This document shows, one piece after another, positions 49,576 through 63,051 of a DNA stretch of 64,000 bases. The notes under the pieces were generated by a model. That model was not told where the DNA came from and searched no databases. It saw only the letters and a program-made list of their open reading frames with translations. Position 1 is the stretch's first letter. Every line of letters begins with the position of its first letter. The DNA comes from a virus (Duplodnaviria > Caudoviricetes). The stretch covers positions 32,001 through 96,000 of the IMG/VR virus record IMGVR_UViG_3300021408_000001. One strand, given 5' to 3'. The translations under genes were made by a program, and so were the position numbers.

Positions 49576-50028
49576 ATGAGACAAGATTTCCAAGTGCTAG
49601 GTAATTTGTATATCCCCAATGTCGATATCAGTCTTAGGTACCCCTTGTTTGAGGGGCCGCATTGGGGTCATCGTGTTCCTAGACAAGTGTTGAGTATCGC
49701 TAATCGTGGTCCTAGCAGTGCTGCGAATCATTGGCATCACGATCAACCATTAGATATTGGTTTGATCCTGTGGTCAAACATGTTTCCAACAGAAATTAGG
49801 TTGTCGGATGGCAGAATTGTTACTGCTAAGCCATTTGATGTGGTGTTGCTGGACAATGCCAACGTTCACCATAGGACGCCAGAGTATGTCGTTAAGTTGG
49901 CGCAAAGAGGCGCTAGCATTAATCGTTATCTCATTCGTGGGATCTACGATGGCTATCCGTCCGATGATGTTATCAGTGAGTGGAAGAATCAACTAGCACG
50001 TAAGAAGACGCTTGTCAGTGCAAGCTGA
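49576..50028 (+). CDS. Putative 2OG-Fe(II) oxygenase-like protein
   Basis: WHHD (HxD) and DNANVHHRTP (distal His) pattern. Confidence 0.45.
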   Translation: MRQDFQVLGNLYIPNVDISLRYPLFEGPHWGHRVPRQVLSIANRGPSSAANHWHHDQPLDIGLILWSNMFPTEIRLSDGRIVTAKPFDVVLLDNANVHHRTPEYVVKLAQRGASINRYLIRGIYDGYPSDDVISEWKNQLARKKTLVSAS

Positions 50029-50090
50029 GGGTAAGCGGGCGGTTGCTCGCTTATCCAATTGTTAGTACTGAAAGGGAAAGGGAGAAAGCA

Positions 50091-53000
50091 ATGGGTGCAC
50101 TACTACTCATCGGCACAGTGGTCGTCATGACTGCAGTGCTACTAATCGTCGGCGCCGTATTGGCATCAATCGCAAGGGAAGACAATGGAAATCATCGCAG
50201 CAATCGTCATCGTGGTGCTGATTCTGGCAGCAACACCCACAAGCAAGCCTCGCGAGAAGACGAATATCGTAGGGCAGGCAACGGGTCAAATGACGCCGGA
50301 GCAGCGCAGGTTGCGTTACGAGATATTGAGAGCATCATCAACGGCCGTCGCACATGGGTCAACACGTCGGACCAAGTGAGGGAAGTTCTTAGGTCGGTCG
50401 ATTACTAATTGACTCTGAGGGTATAGGGCTTAGGTCCTATACCCAATTGAGCTAATTAGAAAGGGAAAGGGAGAAAGCAAATGAAAGTAACCACTACTAC
50501 AGTGCGGTGGACGCTAGCACTGATCGTAGTGCTGGGATTCGCAGTCGCAGCACTAGTGCTTAATGACATCGCGGTACTCATCGGCGGTGCTATTGGCACT
50601 CTCGCTGTTACTGCGTTTCATGAGGTGCTGGACTACTTGGGGTATTAGTTAGTGTTGAGAGAACACAGGACTCCTGTGTTCTCAATTGCACTAATTGATT
50701 AAGGGAAAGGGAGAAAGTAATGATCTTTATTTACTTTGTGAAGAAGGTCATTGAGGCTGTCAAGGAGTATAAGAAGGCAAAGAGCAATGGTTGATTACGT
50801 CAAGCGGACCAACGGTGGCTATTACATCCTCTACCTGAATCAGAAGCTTGGGCACATTGTGCCTATTGGGGATGGCTATTGGGCTGCTGTTGATAACGCT
50901 GGGTTCCGGGTATGGAACCCTACGACTAGTGCTGAGACTGCCGCGCAACTTCTATTTGTGAGTCAGGCGGTTTAGGACCATGGCACTTCGATATGAAATC
51001 AAGGACACGTATAACCCTACGTGGCGCGGCCAGCGTTTCAGTACTAAGGAACGAGGTAAGCGTGAGCTTGCTCATGCGTTTCCGCCGGGTAGGTGGGAGC
51101 TAATTGACCGTGAGACCAAAGAGGTTATCGCAGTAAGCGAGTAGTGATTGCGGCAACACAGGGTCCTCCTGTGTTGCCAATTGTCATTACTGGTAAATGG
51201 GAAAGGGAGAAAGCAAATGCAAATCACTCATGAGTACAAGCTGACCCGTACGGATCATATCAAGTACAAGCACAGTCCGGCCGGGCATTACGACAACGCT
51301 GTTGTTGAGCTGACACGCAAGGATGTTGAGGATCTCGTTAGCGCACTGCCTGCGCGTAGTGCTGTTCGCGGTAACCTCTCTGCCATTCGTGCGAAGCTGG
51401 TCACAGTGCTTGACACTGAGGGTTAATGCTTACTTACGAGAAGATGTCAGGTAAGGACATTCGCCCCGGTGATTACGTCATTCTTCATCTAACCCCATAT
51501 GAAATTGAAGTCATGTATGTGGAGTCATTATCTGTTAGCAATGACCTTGATTTCAGGTACAGCGCAGATGGTCCACAGCGATACATGAATAACTTGTACG
51601 ACGACGAGTTTACTACAGGCTCTCGTTATAGGAATTACTACGCTATTTGGAAGCATTCCTCTTACAAGGTAATTAGGTTTCCCGACTGAGTAGTAATTGA
51701 GACAGCACAGGAGTAAATCATGGCTGATGTACTGTTCTTTGTGAACTGCATTGCTATGTTCGCATCAATCGATAGAGAAATAGCACTCTTTCTAGCTGGT
51801 GGTGCGGCTGGCATTGCTGATTCTTAGTAGTAATTGAGAGCATGCACCAATGGTGCATGCTCGATTGTTACTATTAGCAATAGGGGAAAGGGAAGAGCAC
51901 AAAATGGATACCCGCACGGTTACTGTTACCATTGGCCGAAACGTAGGGGACGACCCGCTTAGCGCTAGCTCTTGGAATGACTATTTCCGAGAGACGCGCG
52001 ATGCGGTGGAAGCGTCTAGCGCTGCGCTGCTCACGGTTGCCCCTTACCGGGGCGCCTGGGAAGGCGTTAAGGAAGACGCTGGTATCTTCTACGGTTTGGG
52101 CGTTGACGACGACGACCTAGCGTCGCTGCGTGCGCGGCTGGAAACGCTCGCTAGCAAGTACGGACAGGCCGCTATCGGCCTGTCCGTTGGCGAGAACGAG
52201 CTTGTCCGGCCTTTCGCTACCGCGGCTCCGCTGGTCAGTACGGTTTAGTAGTTACTGAGAGCACAGGGCTTATGTCCTGTGCTCAATTGCAATTACTAGA
52301 TAGGGGAAGGGAGAAAGCAATGATCTATACAAATGGACTGCCCGATTTCGATAGGGGTGTGCTCGCTGGTTACAACGACCATGCCACGAATAAGGGTCTA
52401 GATCCTGATCTAGAGCACTATCGTAAGGCGTACGCTACCGGCTACAGTGTCGGGTATTCGCTTTACGGTACCCTACTGCTAGCTCGCGCTGGTGAATTGC
52501 ATTGAGCAATGACTCTACTCATTGTCTCAGTGGTGTTATGGGTTAGTGTCATAGGGGTACTGGCATACGACCAGAGTAGGGAAGAGGCGTAGTGCAAATC
52601 AATATTAATATCACGTTTCCGGCCCTACTGTTTATCGTAGGGCTGATCGCTCTTGTGGTATTCCTAGTACTGCAAGTGCCGAACATCCTTTGGGGTATGG
52701 GTACCGTCGCGATCTATCTATTGGTCGCGTGGGTACTTTGGCCCAATAGGTACTGAGGGGTCTAATGTCTCACATTAAAGTAGTAAGAAACGAGGGTGAC
52801 TCCCTAACTATAAAGGACTCAAGAGGACGTGAGTACTTGCTCGTTGATATGGGCACAGGACTAGCGATATCGACAGAGTCGCTTGTTGAAATTGTCGCAG
52901 CGAATAGGGAACAGTCAGTTACACTAAATGGTGCCGATGTTATCGTCTATAGGGCTTAGTAGCTGCTGAGGATAGACGACAATGTCGTCTATCCAATTGC

Positions 53001-54203
53001 AATTACTAAAAAAGGGAAAGGGATTATGCACGAGTGGTTTGAGAACCTTGTCATGCTCGTTAAGCCTCACATTGAGGATATCGCCGGTGACTTGAGCAAT
53101 ACTACCGATTTCATGTTTGGCTATTTCGTCGGTACCGACACTGCCACGCTTGTCATTGATGCTCCTGATATTGATGGCGAGTATAAGTATTCGTTTACTT
53201 ATACCACGTACGGTTAGTAGCTGCTGAGGATACACAGGTTCTCCTGTGTATCCAATTGCAATTACTAAATAGGGAAAGGGAGAAAGCAAATGGACGGTAT
53301 TTACGTTAACATTGATGGCAAGGGGTGGGTTCGCCCTAAGTCCAAGAAAGAGATCAAGGAAATCGTTAGTACCAACCCGGAAGGTGTGAAGGTTGAATAC
53401 ACTTCACTCTTCAACATCGCTGAGGTTGAGGATAACGTAGCAGAGCTGCGTGTTGGGGCTAAGATCAACTTTGTTGGTCCTGACCCTTACACGCGTCGCA
53501 ACTTCTACGGAACCATTACCGTTAGCGAAGATGCTGATGGTAACAAGCGAATCGTGGTTAAGTGATGAGTTATCAAGAAGGATCAGCTTATTGGCACAAA
53601 GAGCAGGCTGAGAAGCAACTTGCTATTGCTGAGGATATCCTCACGAAAGACAAAGGCTTTAATCAGCATCACTCTGATAGGGCAAGCGCTCATGCGGCTA
53701 TCGCTGATGCCCATGCGCGCATCTTTGCTGCCATGCTACCTACTCTTTAAGTAGTTGGCGAAGTACGTAGCTGAGTCCGGTGATCACGTGATACCTGGTA
53801 GTTACGATAGAGTTAGTGGATTCGTTCGCTACCGACTATCTAGTGAGCACAGGGCGGACGTGACCTATAGCGTTTATCGAATTGACTCACAAGAAAGATT
53901 CGTAGGCCATTGGGTTAATGGTGGCTGGATCTAGTGCTAGCTGAGGATACACAGGTCCTCCTGTGTATCCGACTGTTAGTATTGATCAATAGGGAAAGGG
54001 AAGGCACTATGAGCAAGTACGAGGTTGCTCAATTTGATGGTGGGTGGTGGGTGTTGAGGGAAGAGCGTAGGGATAGCGATAATAGGTATATCCAATCGTC
54101 TGATACCTATTATGTTCCCCACGCTACTACCGGAGGTGACGAAGATACAGCGTTTGAAATCGCTAATACGCTTAACACTTCTTATTACAACCTAGAGACT
54201 TGA
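50091..54203 (+). CDS. Run of small hypothetical genes in cassettes (e.g. 51217-51426, 51426-51689, 51904-52248, 52320-52505, 52765-52959, 53026-53217, 53290-53565, 53562-53750, 54009-54203)
   Basis: Cassette element plus RBS; starts corrected to the RBS where the track ORF begins inside the hairpin. Confidence 0.55.
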
Positions 54204-54206
54204 TTA

Positions 54207-54557
54207 GTGGAGATGTATACGCAGCTGCCTATGTTCATGTCTGGCAAAGAGATATGGGATAACATCTTTGCTGGTAGTTGGGTAACTGCTGACCATTACG
54301 GACAGTATCCACCAGAGGAAGTCTATGACATGAAGCTAAGAGCTACTCGGCATCTGCGATCTAGTGTTGCAGAACACGGTGTCAAAAGACCAATTGTTCT
54401 CATGTCCGATTATATCGAAGGCTTTGTCACTATAGGCAATGGTCACCACCGCAGTGTTCTAGCTAATGAGCTGGACCTAATCGTTCCGGTCGTATGGACT
54501 ACTGATGATGTCCATGCTGTCGATTATCTAGGTCACGATGATTCTTGGACATGGTAG
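54207..54557 (+). CDS. ParB/Srx-like N-terminal domain protein
   Basis: QLPMF, SV...GVKRPIVL, GNGHHR, VPVVW. Confidence 0.6.
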   Translation: MEMYTQLPMFMSGKEIWDNIFAGSWVTADHYGQYPPEEVYDMKLRATRHLRSSVAEHGVKRPIVLMSDYIEGFVTIGNGHHRSVLANELDLIVPVVWTTDDVHAVDYLGHDDSWTW

Positions 54558-54625
54558 CTACTGAGACTAGACATCATTGATGTCTAGTCAATTGTAGTTA
54601 TTTGACTAGGGAAAGGGAATAGCAA

Positions 54626-57600
54626 ATGGCATTCACACAGGAGCACTTTGAGTTTGTGGCGGCCCTGATTCGTGATAGCGAGGAGCACTTCAAATCAAAC
54701 AAGGCACATGCCGAGTTTGCTAAGAAGGCAGCGCGGCGACTTGGTAGTACCAACCCACGCTTTGATTTCAAGCGCTTTATCAGTGCCTCTATGCCTCGAT
54801 GGCTAGTTGGCGCTCGTGGTGAAATTGCTTGGAACAAGGTTAGTCGTGAGCTGATTGAGGAGAACAAGGAAGGCGTTTGAAGATGGCAACTACTAGAATG
54901 AGTGGTGCGGCTGAACGTGGCCGGGCGATTGTTGATATGGCCAACGGCTATGACGACATCGTCTCTATGCTTGCTGACATTGACGCCTTTCTTCTAGCTG
55001 ATGGGAGACAACCAATTGATGTAGTGAGCACGTATGCTCGCACTATGTCATTGGAACGCATGCGCTTAGATGAAGTGTGGGATAGACGACATAGCTAATG
55101 CAAGCTGAGGGTAGGCGAGAAATCGCCTATCCAATTGTTTGTGTTGGACAAGGGAAAGGAATAAAGTTGCAAATCAAGGGGTTGAGTACCCAAGAGCGCG
55201 TTGCCAACGGTATTGCTCTGTTCAATGAGCACGTACCGGACTGGCGCGAACGCATTGACACCAACATGCTTGACGTTGGTGACCTGCTGTCGTGCCCTGT
55301 TACACAAGTGATTGGCGGTTTCACGGCTGGACTCAAGAGGTTGGGTCTAGAGATGGACCGTAGTGGCATCTACGTGGATGCTTACAAGTATGGATTCGAT
55401 GTTCCTGTAGATAGTGGGGACTATGGTGATGAATACGAGGATCTTACTAACGAGTGGTATTTCCAATTGACCGGTAAGGTTCGTTCCTAGTCGTTACTGA
55501 GGATAGGCGAGAAATTGCCTATCCAATTGTAGTTACTAGATAGGGGAAGGGAAAGCAATATGGAAGATAGAATCTGGGCATACGCTGAATCACCTTATCA
55601 ACATTGGTTCGATGGTTTATGTGATGGAATGCTTGACGCTCCTGAGGGTATTCGACGCGTCCCTCATCACAAAATGATTATTGATGATAATTTGGAGGCT
55701 GTTCATCTGTTTTCAGACGGCTATACAATTGGGTTTAACCTGGTGACAAACCTTCTAGATCAGGGTATCATCAATGATGATGGCGCAATCACTGAATACG
55801 AATAGCACCTACCGGGTGACACTAGCCTTAGTTAGTGTCATTCCGCATGGCTGCTAATTGGTAGCAGTTATGGGAAAGGGATAAAATCAACATGTGTGGT
55901 TCCTATGAGGACGATAACACTGACGTCAACGACTACGACGATGAGGTCTACGAGACTGACGTTGTCGCGGCCGATGAGTCCGAGTGGTTGACGCGCGTGC
56001 GTGATGCGCAGCGCGACGACCGAGAGGCTGCTGAGCTGGAAGTGGTTAAGGCCGAGGGTGGCAATGAGATTGACGCCATCCTTGCGGCTCTTGCTGATCG
56101 GCATCCGGCCTTCGCTCGGTAATCGTTAGCACACACTGAGGGCACCTATCATTGATAGGTGCTCAAATGTTTGTACTAACGACAGGGAGAGGTAATGGCG
56201 TACGATTACGGTGATGACGAGCGCGAGATGTGGGTTAGTAACGATCTAAGTCTTTATCTTGCCTGGCAGAATTCTGGCATTCCAATTGAGGATTATGTTA
56301 GAGATAATCGAACCCAGCTCGATGAGTACATCGATCGGCATATTCGATGAGTAGTATTGATACGCTTTATGTAGTTCGTGCCGATATGAATGACGGTTCC
56401 GTAAAGACGTTTGGGACATTCACAGAACTAGAGGCTTACCAATTCGCTGATAGCCTAGATGATCTAGGTCTTCCAGCCTTAGCGGTGCCTCTTACTCATG
56501 TGCCTAAGTGGTGGAAGTATGTTGAGTGAATTTCTTCACTGACGATTTAAGCGGTTTGCCGTACAAGCTGAGAGATACTGTTAGTCTCAATGGATTAGCT
56601 GGTACCGTAGATGGTATAGGAATTCGCCACATTGAATTCCGGGGTACATACCATCCCTACTTAGTGCTACTAATTCGCTGGAAGGACGGTACGCGCTCTG
56701 AGTTGGGCGGCAACGAACTATACCAATTGTTGGAAGAGGATGATTAGTACTAGCTGAGGGTGCACAGAACTTCTGTGCATCCGATTGCTGTTACTAAAAG
56801 CAGGGAAAGGGAATATGGACAAAGATGTGTTCGCGCAAGCCATTGGCTTTGCTGATATCCTTGATGCCTCGCAGGCTCTTATCGATGTGATTGAGACGCC
56901 GCATGCTACGCAAAGAGATATCATCAACTTCAAGGATAAGTTGAAGCGAGCTATTGCTGATAACGGGTTTGGTCCTCAGGGATGAAAGACCAAATCAAAC
57001 TCGATAGAATGGTGCTTTCATCTAGCACGCTGCCAGGTTATCGTGCAGTTTGGGAGCCTGCCGAAAGCGAGTTGACGATTGAGCATGGTGATGATGACTT
57101 ATGGGAGCCAGTTGAGGTTGTACAAGTAGAGCGCTTAGGTTCTAAGTACACCATTATGATTGCCCAATCAAGGCTACAGAAGATCTACGATAGTTTCTAG
57201 TACTAGCTGAGGATACACAGGTCCCCCTGTGTATCCGATTGTTAGTGTTAGCCAAATGGGAAAGGGAGAAAGCAAATGAATACGTTTACTGTTGACCGTA
57301 AGGTTCGTACTGGTCATGGATCTAGTGAGAGCGAGCACGTGGACTACACTGTGCTCGCTCTCACCGGCCCTGAGGCTGCCAGGGTGGCCGACCACGCGAA
57401 GGCCACTGAGGAGGCTCGTAGGGGCCTTGTGAAGGCCCCTGACGACGTGCCCAGTAGGCTCACGCAGCGTATCCCCCGGGTGACGCTCTACAGGGGCAAG
57501 CTTAAGATTGCTAGCAATTACTAATGCGACTTGAGGTTGCAACCTTTACGTACTGGTCGCATGCTAACTTGCCTAGTAGGTATTACGTCGTTAGGCGTGA

Positions 57601-60600
57601 TGCTGAGGGCAAGGAACCGCGAGGGTACGTCTACATCTATGCAAACAAGTCAGATGTCAAGACGTTTCGCAAGCCGCTAGAAATTCGTGAATTTCTTAGT
57701 GCTGCTGACGCTATGACGTTTGCACTTGTGGATAACGGTTGGGGTGAGGTAGTTTCTAGTTAGCACTGAGAGTGCACAGGGTTCCTGTGCACTCGATTGA
57801 GCTAATTGGATAAGGGAAGGGGACATATGCGAACAGATAACGGCAACGTCATCATGACCAGCAAGGAATATGATGACGAGTATCTAGGCAACCTGGTTAA
57901 GGGCTATGCTCGCGGCCGTCTAGATGCTGATAATGTTGAGGCTCATAAGGCAATGTTGATTATAGGATTTCATGAATTCTTTATGAAGCGGCGATACGAC
58001 TACCCACGAAACAGTGATTGGGCCACTGCGTGGGATCATTACGTCATGAGTCTAGAGTTGCTAAGGGCTATGAAATACCGCTAGTGTAATCTGAGAACAT
58101 TCATCGTTGATGAATGTTCGATTGTTTGCACTGGGCAAACGTGTAATAGGGAAAGGGAAAAAGTAAATGAATAGTGTTAGCCCGGAGGAACTGACGGCCA
58201 ATACCTTTGCTGCTGTTAAGGCGCAGTGGCCTGGTATTACGGAGAAAAGTCTTCGTATTAGTCCTTTCGAGGATAATACTCTCCTCCTGCTGATCGGCAG
58301 TCCGTATTCTCTCTACTCGTTCACTACGCAGGATCGGATTGATAGTGCCGAGTTGAGTGGTGCTATTCCTGAGCAGTTGGGGGTTATCATCAACGATAGT
58401 ACTGGTGAGATTGAAGTCTTCGCTGACTTTGACGCTTTCCAGGAGCGCTTTGAAGCTATTGTTCGGGGCGCGACTATCACCAACACTGACAATGGGATTA
58501 TGTCCGTCTAGTACAAGCTGAGGGCACACAGGAATAACCCTGTGTGTCCAATTGCTCGTAATTGGACGATCACAGGGAAAGGAATGATGCACGAAGATAA
58601 TGATTACACCTGGGCGGATAATTCAACCCAGTATGAGGAAGCTGAATTCTCGCAAGCAACCGCGTATGTCCATGATTTGGCTATATCGTTTGCTGATGAG
58701 CATGTCGGATCATCGGACGATCTAGGTCGATATCACCTTGTTTATCTTGATTTGCGTCAAATTGACAAGGTAGTAGAGCTTGGTTGGAAGAGGGACGCAG
58801 ACGCGGCCCCTGAGTCAAAGCCTACTGCTGTTATCGTTGTGGAGCATCCACAAGGTAACGTTACTGCGGCTTTCTATGACTCAGAAGAACCAATCCAATT
58901 GGATTGGGACGAGATCCTAGACATGTATGAGGGTTACGACGTAAAGAATTCACCCGGGGAGATCCACTAATGGACGCAAATCCATTTAGTATTGGTCAAA
59001 TCATCGCATACGAGCAAGGTGAGCTAGACGACGAAGCAACTATAGAACTGTTTCAAGGTCTAGTCGATAGTGGCATGGCTTGGCAGTTGCAGGGGCACTA
59101 CGGCCGAACGGCTACGGCTCTGATTGATGCGGGACTAGTAAATGGATGACGCATCACTTATGCGATCCTACAAGGCAGAGATTGATATGTATAGGAACTC
59201 GGTCGTTCAGATACTAAATCTAACTCATGGTCGTAAGCGGATTGATGCTGACGAAGTGCGTAGGCTCGCAGAGCAAGCGCATGAGGAAAGTAACCGGTTA
59301 TCACGACTCCGAAGGCAAGGTTAGTACCTATTGAGGACACTCAGGCTAACTGAGTGTCCGATTGTAGCTATTAAACAAAGGGAAAGGGAATATAAGTGAG
59401 TATGTTTCCAGGTCCGGGCGCTCGCGTTGATTACAACGAGGCGGGTGAGCCTATCGGTTGGGACTATCCATCGGAAGATGACGATATCTATCCGGGATAT
59501 GATGTTGCATACGATCGTGACGACGATGATGACGACATCTGGGAGACTAGATGGGCGCGTCAGGAGCTAGAGCGTCAGCGAGAAGAGGGCAATTAGCACT
59601 TGCTGAGAGTACCTATCAATGATAGGTACTCAATTGTTAGTACTAATACAAAGGGAAAGGGTTAAGATAATGGCACGCAAGGTATTTAAGGCAGCTTACG
59701 TACTTCCTATGGCCGCCGGCCACAGCTACGGCGAGCTTTACACAGATATTGCTATTGATAAGGCTCTCTTGGGGTATCAAAGGGAGCATGGCCACATTGA
59801 TTACGACAGTCTTGTCGTGACATTGCGGTTCACTCCTACTGATATTCTCGTTGATGTTGATAGCGAGGAGGAGAAAGTTGGCGCGTAATGGATTCCCCCT
59901 ACCCAATGACTACCTTCTCTTAGAGCGTAATGTTGGCAATGAGATGGTTCTTAGTGGTCTAGTGGTTGCCTCTGTGCACTACGATGATAACAATGATTCC
60001 GCTACGATTCTAGTACTTAACCCTATCTCACCGTACTTTACGGTGATGAATGTTAAGTACCGGTATTCTCATGATAAGGATTCTGCATTTGAAATCGTTC
60101 AGGTTTTCCATGCGGAGAATCATCTAAACATCGTCACTGCGGTGGAGAGTTATCAGGAGTGGGGAGGCGATATCTAGTGGCCAGGATTTGGATTGGTAAG
60201 GCGTTTCTTGGCGATAAGCAAATCACTGAGACAACCTTTACCGAGGATGAAGATAGCCAACGGTGGTTGGAACACTTCATAAGTGATGCTCGCAATAACC
60301 ATCATCCCGCATTTAGTTATGTGGTTGCTGAGTATGAACTTCTCAATACTGAGACGATCGTTCCAGCGCACCCCATGACTCTTAAAGAATTGGGGCTTTA
60401 GTGGCAGTGATTCGTCAGACGCGAGTCTACGATCTTAGGCAGGGCGATGAGTTCTCCTTTGACGCTGATATCTACAAGTCAACTCGTTATACGATTGACG
60501 AGATCACACCTGACCATCGCTCTAGACCATTCAATCACCTCGTAACGAAGATTGTTACTACTAGAAAGAATGTGGCGCAGGTTCGGCTAGACTTTGATGT

Positions 60601-61588
60601 CTGGGAAATTTCTGACAATCAAACTCTAGTCTGGGTCATAGGCTAGTACATACTGAGGATGCTTAGCTAAGCTAAGCATCCAATTGTCTGTATTAGAAAG
60701 GGAAAGGAATATGGCTACAGGAAACGTTCAAGTGGTAATCAAGGTCGTTCGTACTCCCGAATTTAAGCTATGGATGCAACGATTGCGCTTTGATGCTGCA
60801 ATTGATGCCATTCTCCGTAAGAGGTCATAGATGTGTTAGGTCCCATCGTTGGATGGTCGATCATTATCGCATGTGTCTCATTGATCTTGTGGATCATCAT
60901 CCAGAATGTTAGTGACCATAGGCATCATAAGCAGATAGGTAAGTGGCTCAACGATAGAGCTGCTGAGGAGAAGAAAAAGCGTGGATAAGTTCTATGTTGG
61001 CAAGAATCTAACGGAAGCTAGAATGCGTGTGCCATTTGATTCCAATCAAGCGGCTCATGCTTATGCTTCGCAACTTGGGTTGAATGTGTATACCCATGGT
61101 GAAGCGTTTCCGCATGATGACTCTGATAGTTATGAGAATCGTCATGATCCCGGACCTAGCATGATCGAAGTGGAGCATGTAGCACTAGCTATTGCTGAGG
61201 CACCACATGCGTTTGCTGGTACTGAGGGTATCAAGCTCTTTGTTGATAACCTCATCCATGTGCTGAGTCAAGATGGCGCTTTGCGTGATCGTGATCGAAT
61301 GCACGATGAACTGATGCACTACATGATTAGGCAGTAGTAATTGAGAATGCACAGTAGGCCTGTGCATTCAATTGTTATTACTGATTGAAGGGAAAGGGAA
61401 GCATGACACTTAAGCATAAGTCGGTTAAAAAGACGTTCAATAAACCAGGGGCGAACTTTGGCCAAGTCAAAGAGTTTCTTAATTCTATTGATGACGCTCC
61501 TGATGATGCGTACGTAAGTATCCAAAGCTATTACTGGTCTAGTACACGCATCAAGTGGGTTGAAGTTTCTTGGGATGTAGATGAATGA
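54626..61588 (+). CDS. Run of about 25 small hypothetical early-type genes in cassettes
   Basis: Plus-strand ORFs with GGGAAAGGG RBS or translational coupling; several are very acidic (55892-56122, 59396-59596). Confidence 0.55.
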
Positions 61589-62013
61589 ATCTCGGTGATG
61601 CTGCCATTTTGGCTAGAGACCTAATGAATTACCATGGACTCATTGATTGGAATCTTGATTTCGATCGAGCTAAGAGGCGTTTCGGGCAAGCTAAATTCGA
61701 TACCAAGACCATTAGTCTCAGTGTACCACTTGTTATTAGGAACAATGAGATTGATGTTGGCGAAACTATTAGGCATGAGATTGCTCATGCTTTAGTTGGT
61801 CATAGTCATGGTCACGATGACGTGTGGCGTGACAAGGCTCTTAGCATTGGGTCTAATGGTAAGGTTACTTACGACGGGAATAAGATAGAAACTCCTGTAG
61901 GTAAGTGGATTGGTGTCTGCGAACTTGGCCATAGAACTAGGCCTAGGCACCGGCGAGGTAATCTAGTGTGTAAGAAGGACCTAACGTCAATCAGGTGGGT
62001 TGAGAACAAATGA
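61585..62013 (+). CDS. SprT-like zinc metalloprotease domain protein
   Basis: AKRRFG, I.LS, TIRHEIAHAL...HGHD..W...A..IG. Confidence 0.8.
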   Translation: MNLGDAAILARDLMNYHGLIDWNLDFDRAKRRFGQAKFDTKTISLSVPLVIRNNEIDVGETIRHEIAHALVGHSHGHDDVWRDKALSIGSNGKVTYDGNKIETPVGKWIGVCELGHRTRPRHRRGNLVCKKDLTSIRWVENK

Positions 62014-62246
62014 AGACATATGTCATTAACTATATTCTAGAAAGTGTGCCTGAGCGAGTGGTTGAGGCTGAGTTTATGGAATATAGTAGGGATGGGTTCA
62101 CGTTCTTTAATAATGGAGTGGAGCCTGGTCCTTTCTTGTTTATTCATAAGTCGGCTATCAAATCGCTAGAGCGCGAGTAGTACTAGCTGAGGGTACACAG
62201 GACTCCTGTATACCCAATTGTTAATACTGCCGGGAAGGGGAATAGC

Positions 62247-62486
62247 ATGACCAAAGCACAAGACGAACGTCACTATGACAAATTCCAACGAACCATGGCT
62301 AGGTTCTATGCCTATGGTCGTATGGATGAGGCTATGATGGGAGATAGCCTAGACGGTATCAATGTCGTTGATAGGTTTGTAGAATTCTTCCTAAATAGCA
62401 CGACACCATCAGTAAGACTTGCGTGGATTATGTATCACGCGACACTAGTTGAACTACAGGAAGCTGGATACACGTCTCATACGTAG
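62247..62486 (+). CDS. Hypothetical protein (YA.GR.D family, cf. 47591 and 57806)
   Basis: FYAYGRMD vs YYALGRLT vs GYARGRLD. Confidence 0.5.
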   Translation: MTKAQDERHYDKFQRTMARFYAYGRMDEAMMGDSLDGINVVDRFVEFFLNSTTPSVRLAWIMYHATLVELQEAGYTSHT

Positions 62487-62778
62487 TGATAGCTAAGAGC
62501 TAGCAATCTTGAGATTGCTAGCTCGACTGTTAGCACTGCACGATGTCAGGGCTAGCCGGGCAGGTTGGAATCCAGCCTGACCACGATAGAATCCAGTACA
62601 GCCAGTACAACCCGGGAATAACAGACCATAGGTTGTGGTTGTACGGGTTAGGCGCTACACTAGTTGGTGCCTGAGAGGGTACGGAATTCAACCCCGCACT
62701 CTCAACTGGCGCAAGCTAGCGTCAAGAGAAGTAATACCAACCAACAACGAAACCCAAAAGGGAAGGGAATAACACAAA

Positions 62779-63051
62779 ATGGCAAACACGACTGAGAAGA
62801 CGAGTAAGGCCAACGAGGCTAAGGACGCCGAGGCGACCGAGGTTGAGGCCAGCGAGACGAACGACAGCGCCGATCTGGTGCCCGTTCTTTTCAAGGTCAC
62901 CCCGGCCCAGCGTGCGTCGCTGAAGCTGGTCGCCGCGGCTGAGGACAGCACCCTTCAGGGCCTGTTCGCCCGGCTGACCGAGGCTGTCATCGCTGAGAAC
63001 AAGGTGTGGCTGGACGTGGTCAACGCCCGCCGCACGCAGGCTGCCGCCTAA
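62779..63051 (+). CDS. Putative ribbon-helix-helix DNA-binding protein with host-like high-GC codons
   Basis: VPVLFKVTPAQRASLKLVAAAEDSTLQGLF; strong G/C third positions. Confidence 0.5.
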   Translation: MANTTEKTSKANEAKDAEATEVEASETNDSADLVPVLFKVTPAQRASLKLVAAAEDSTLQGLFARLTEAVIAENKVWLDVVNARRTQAAA

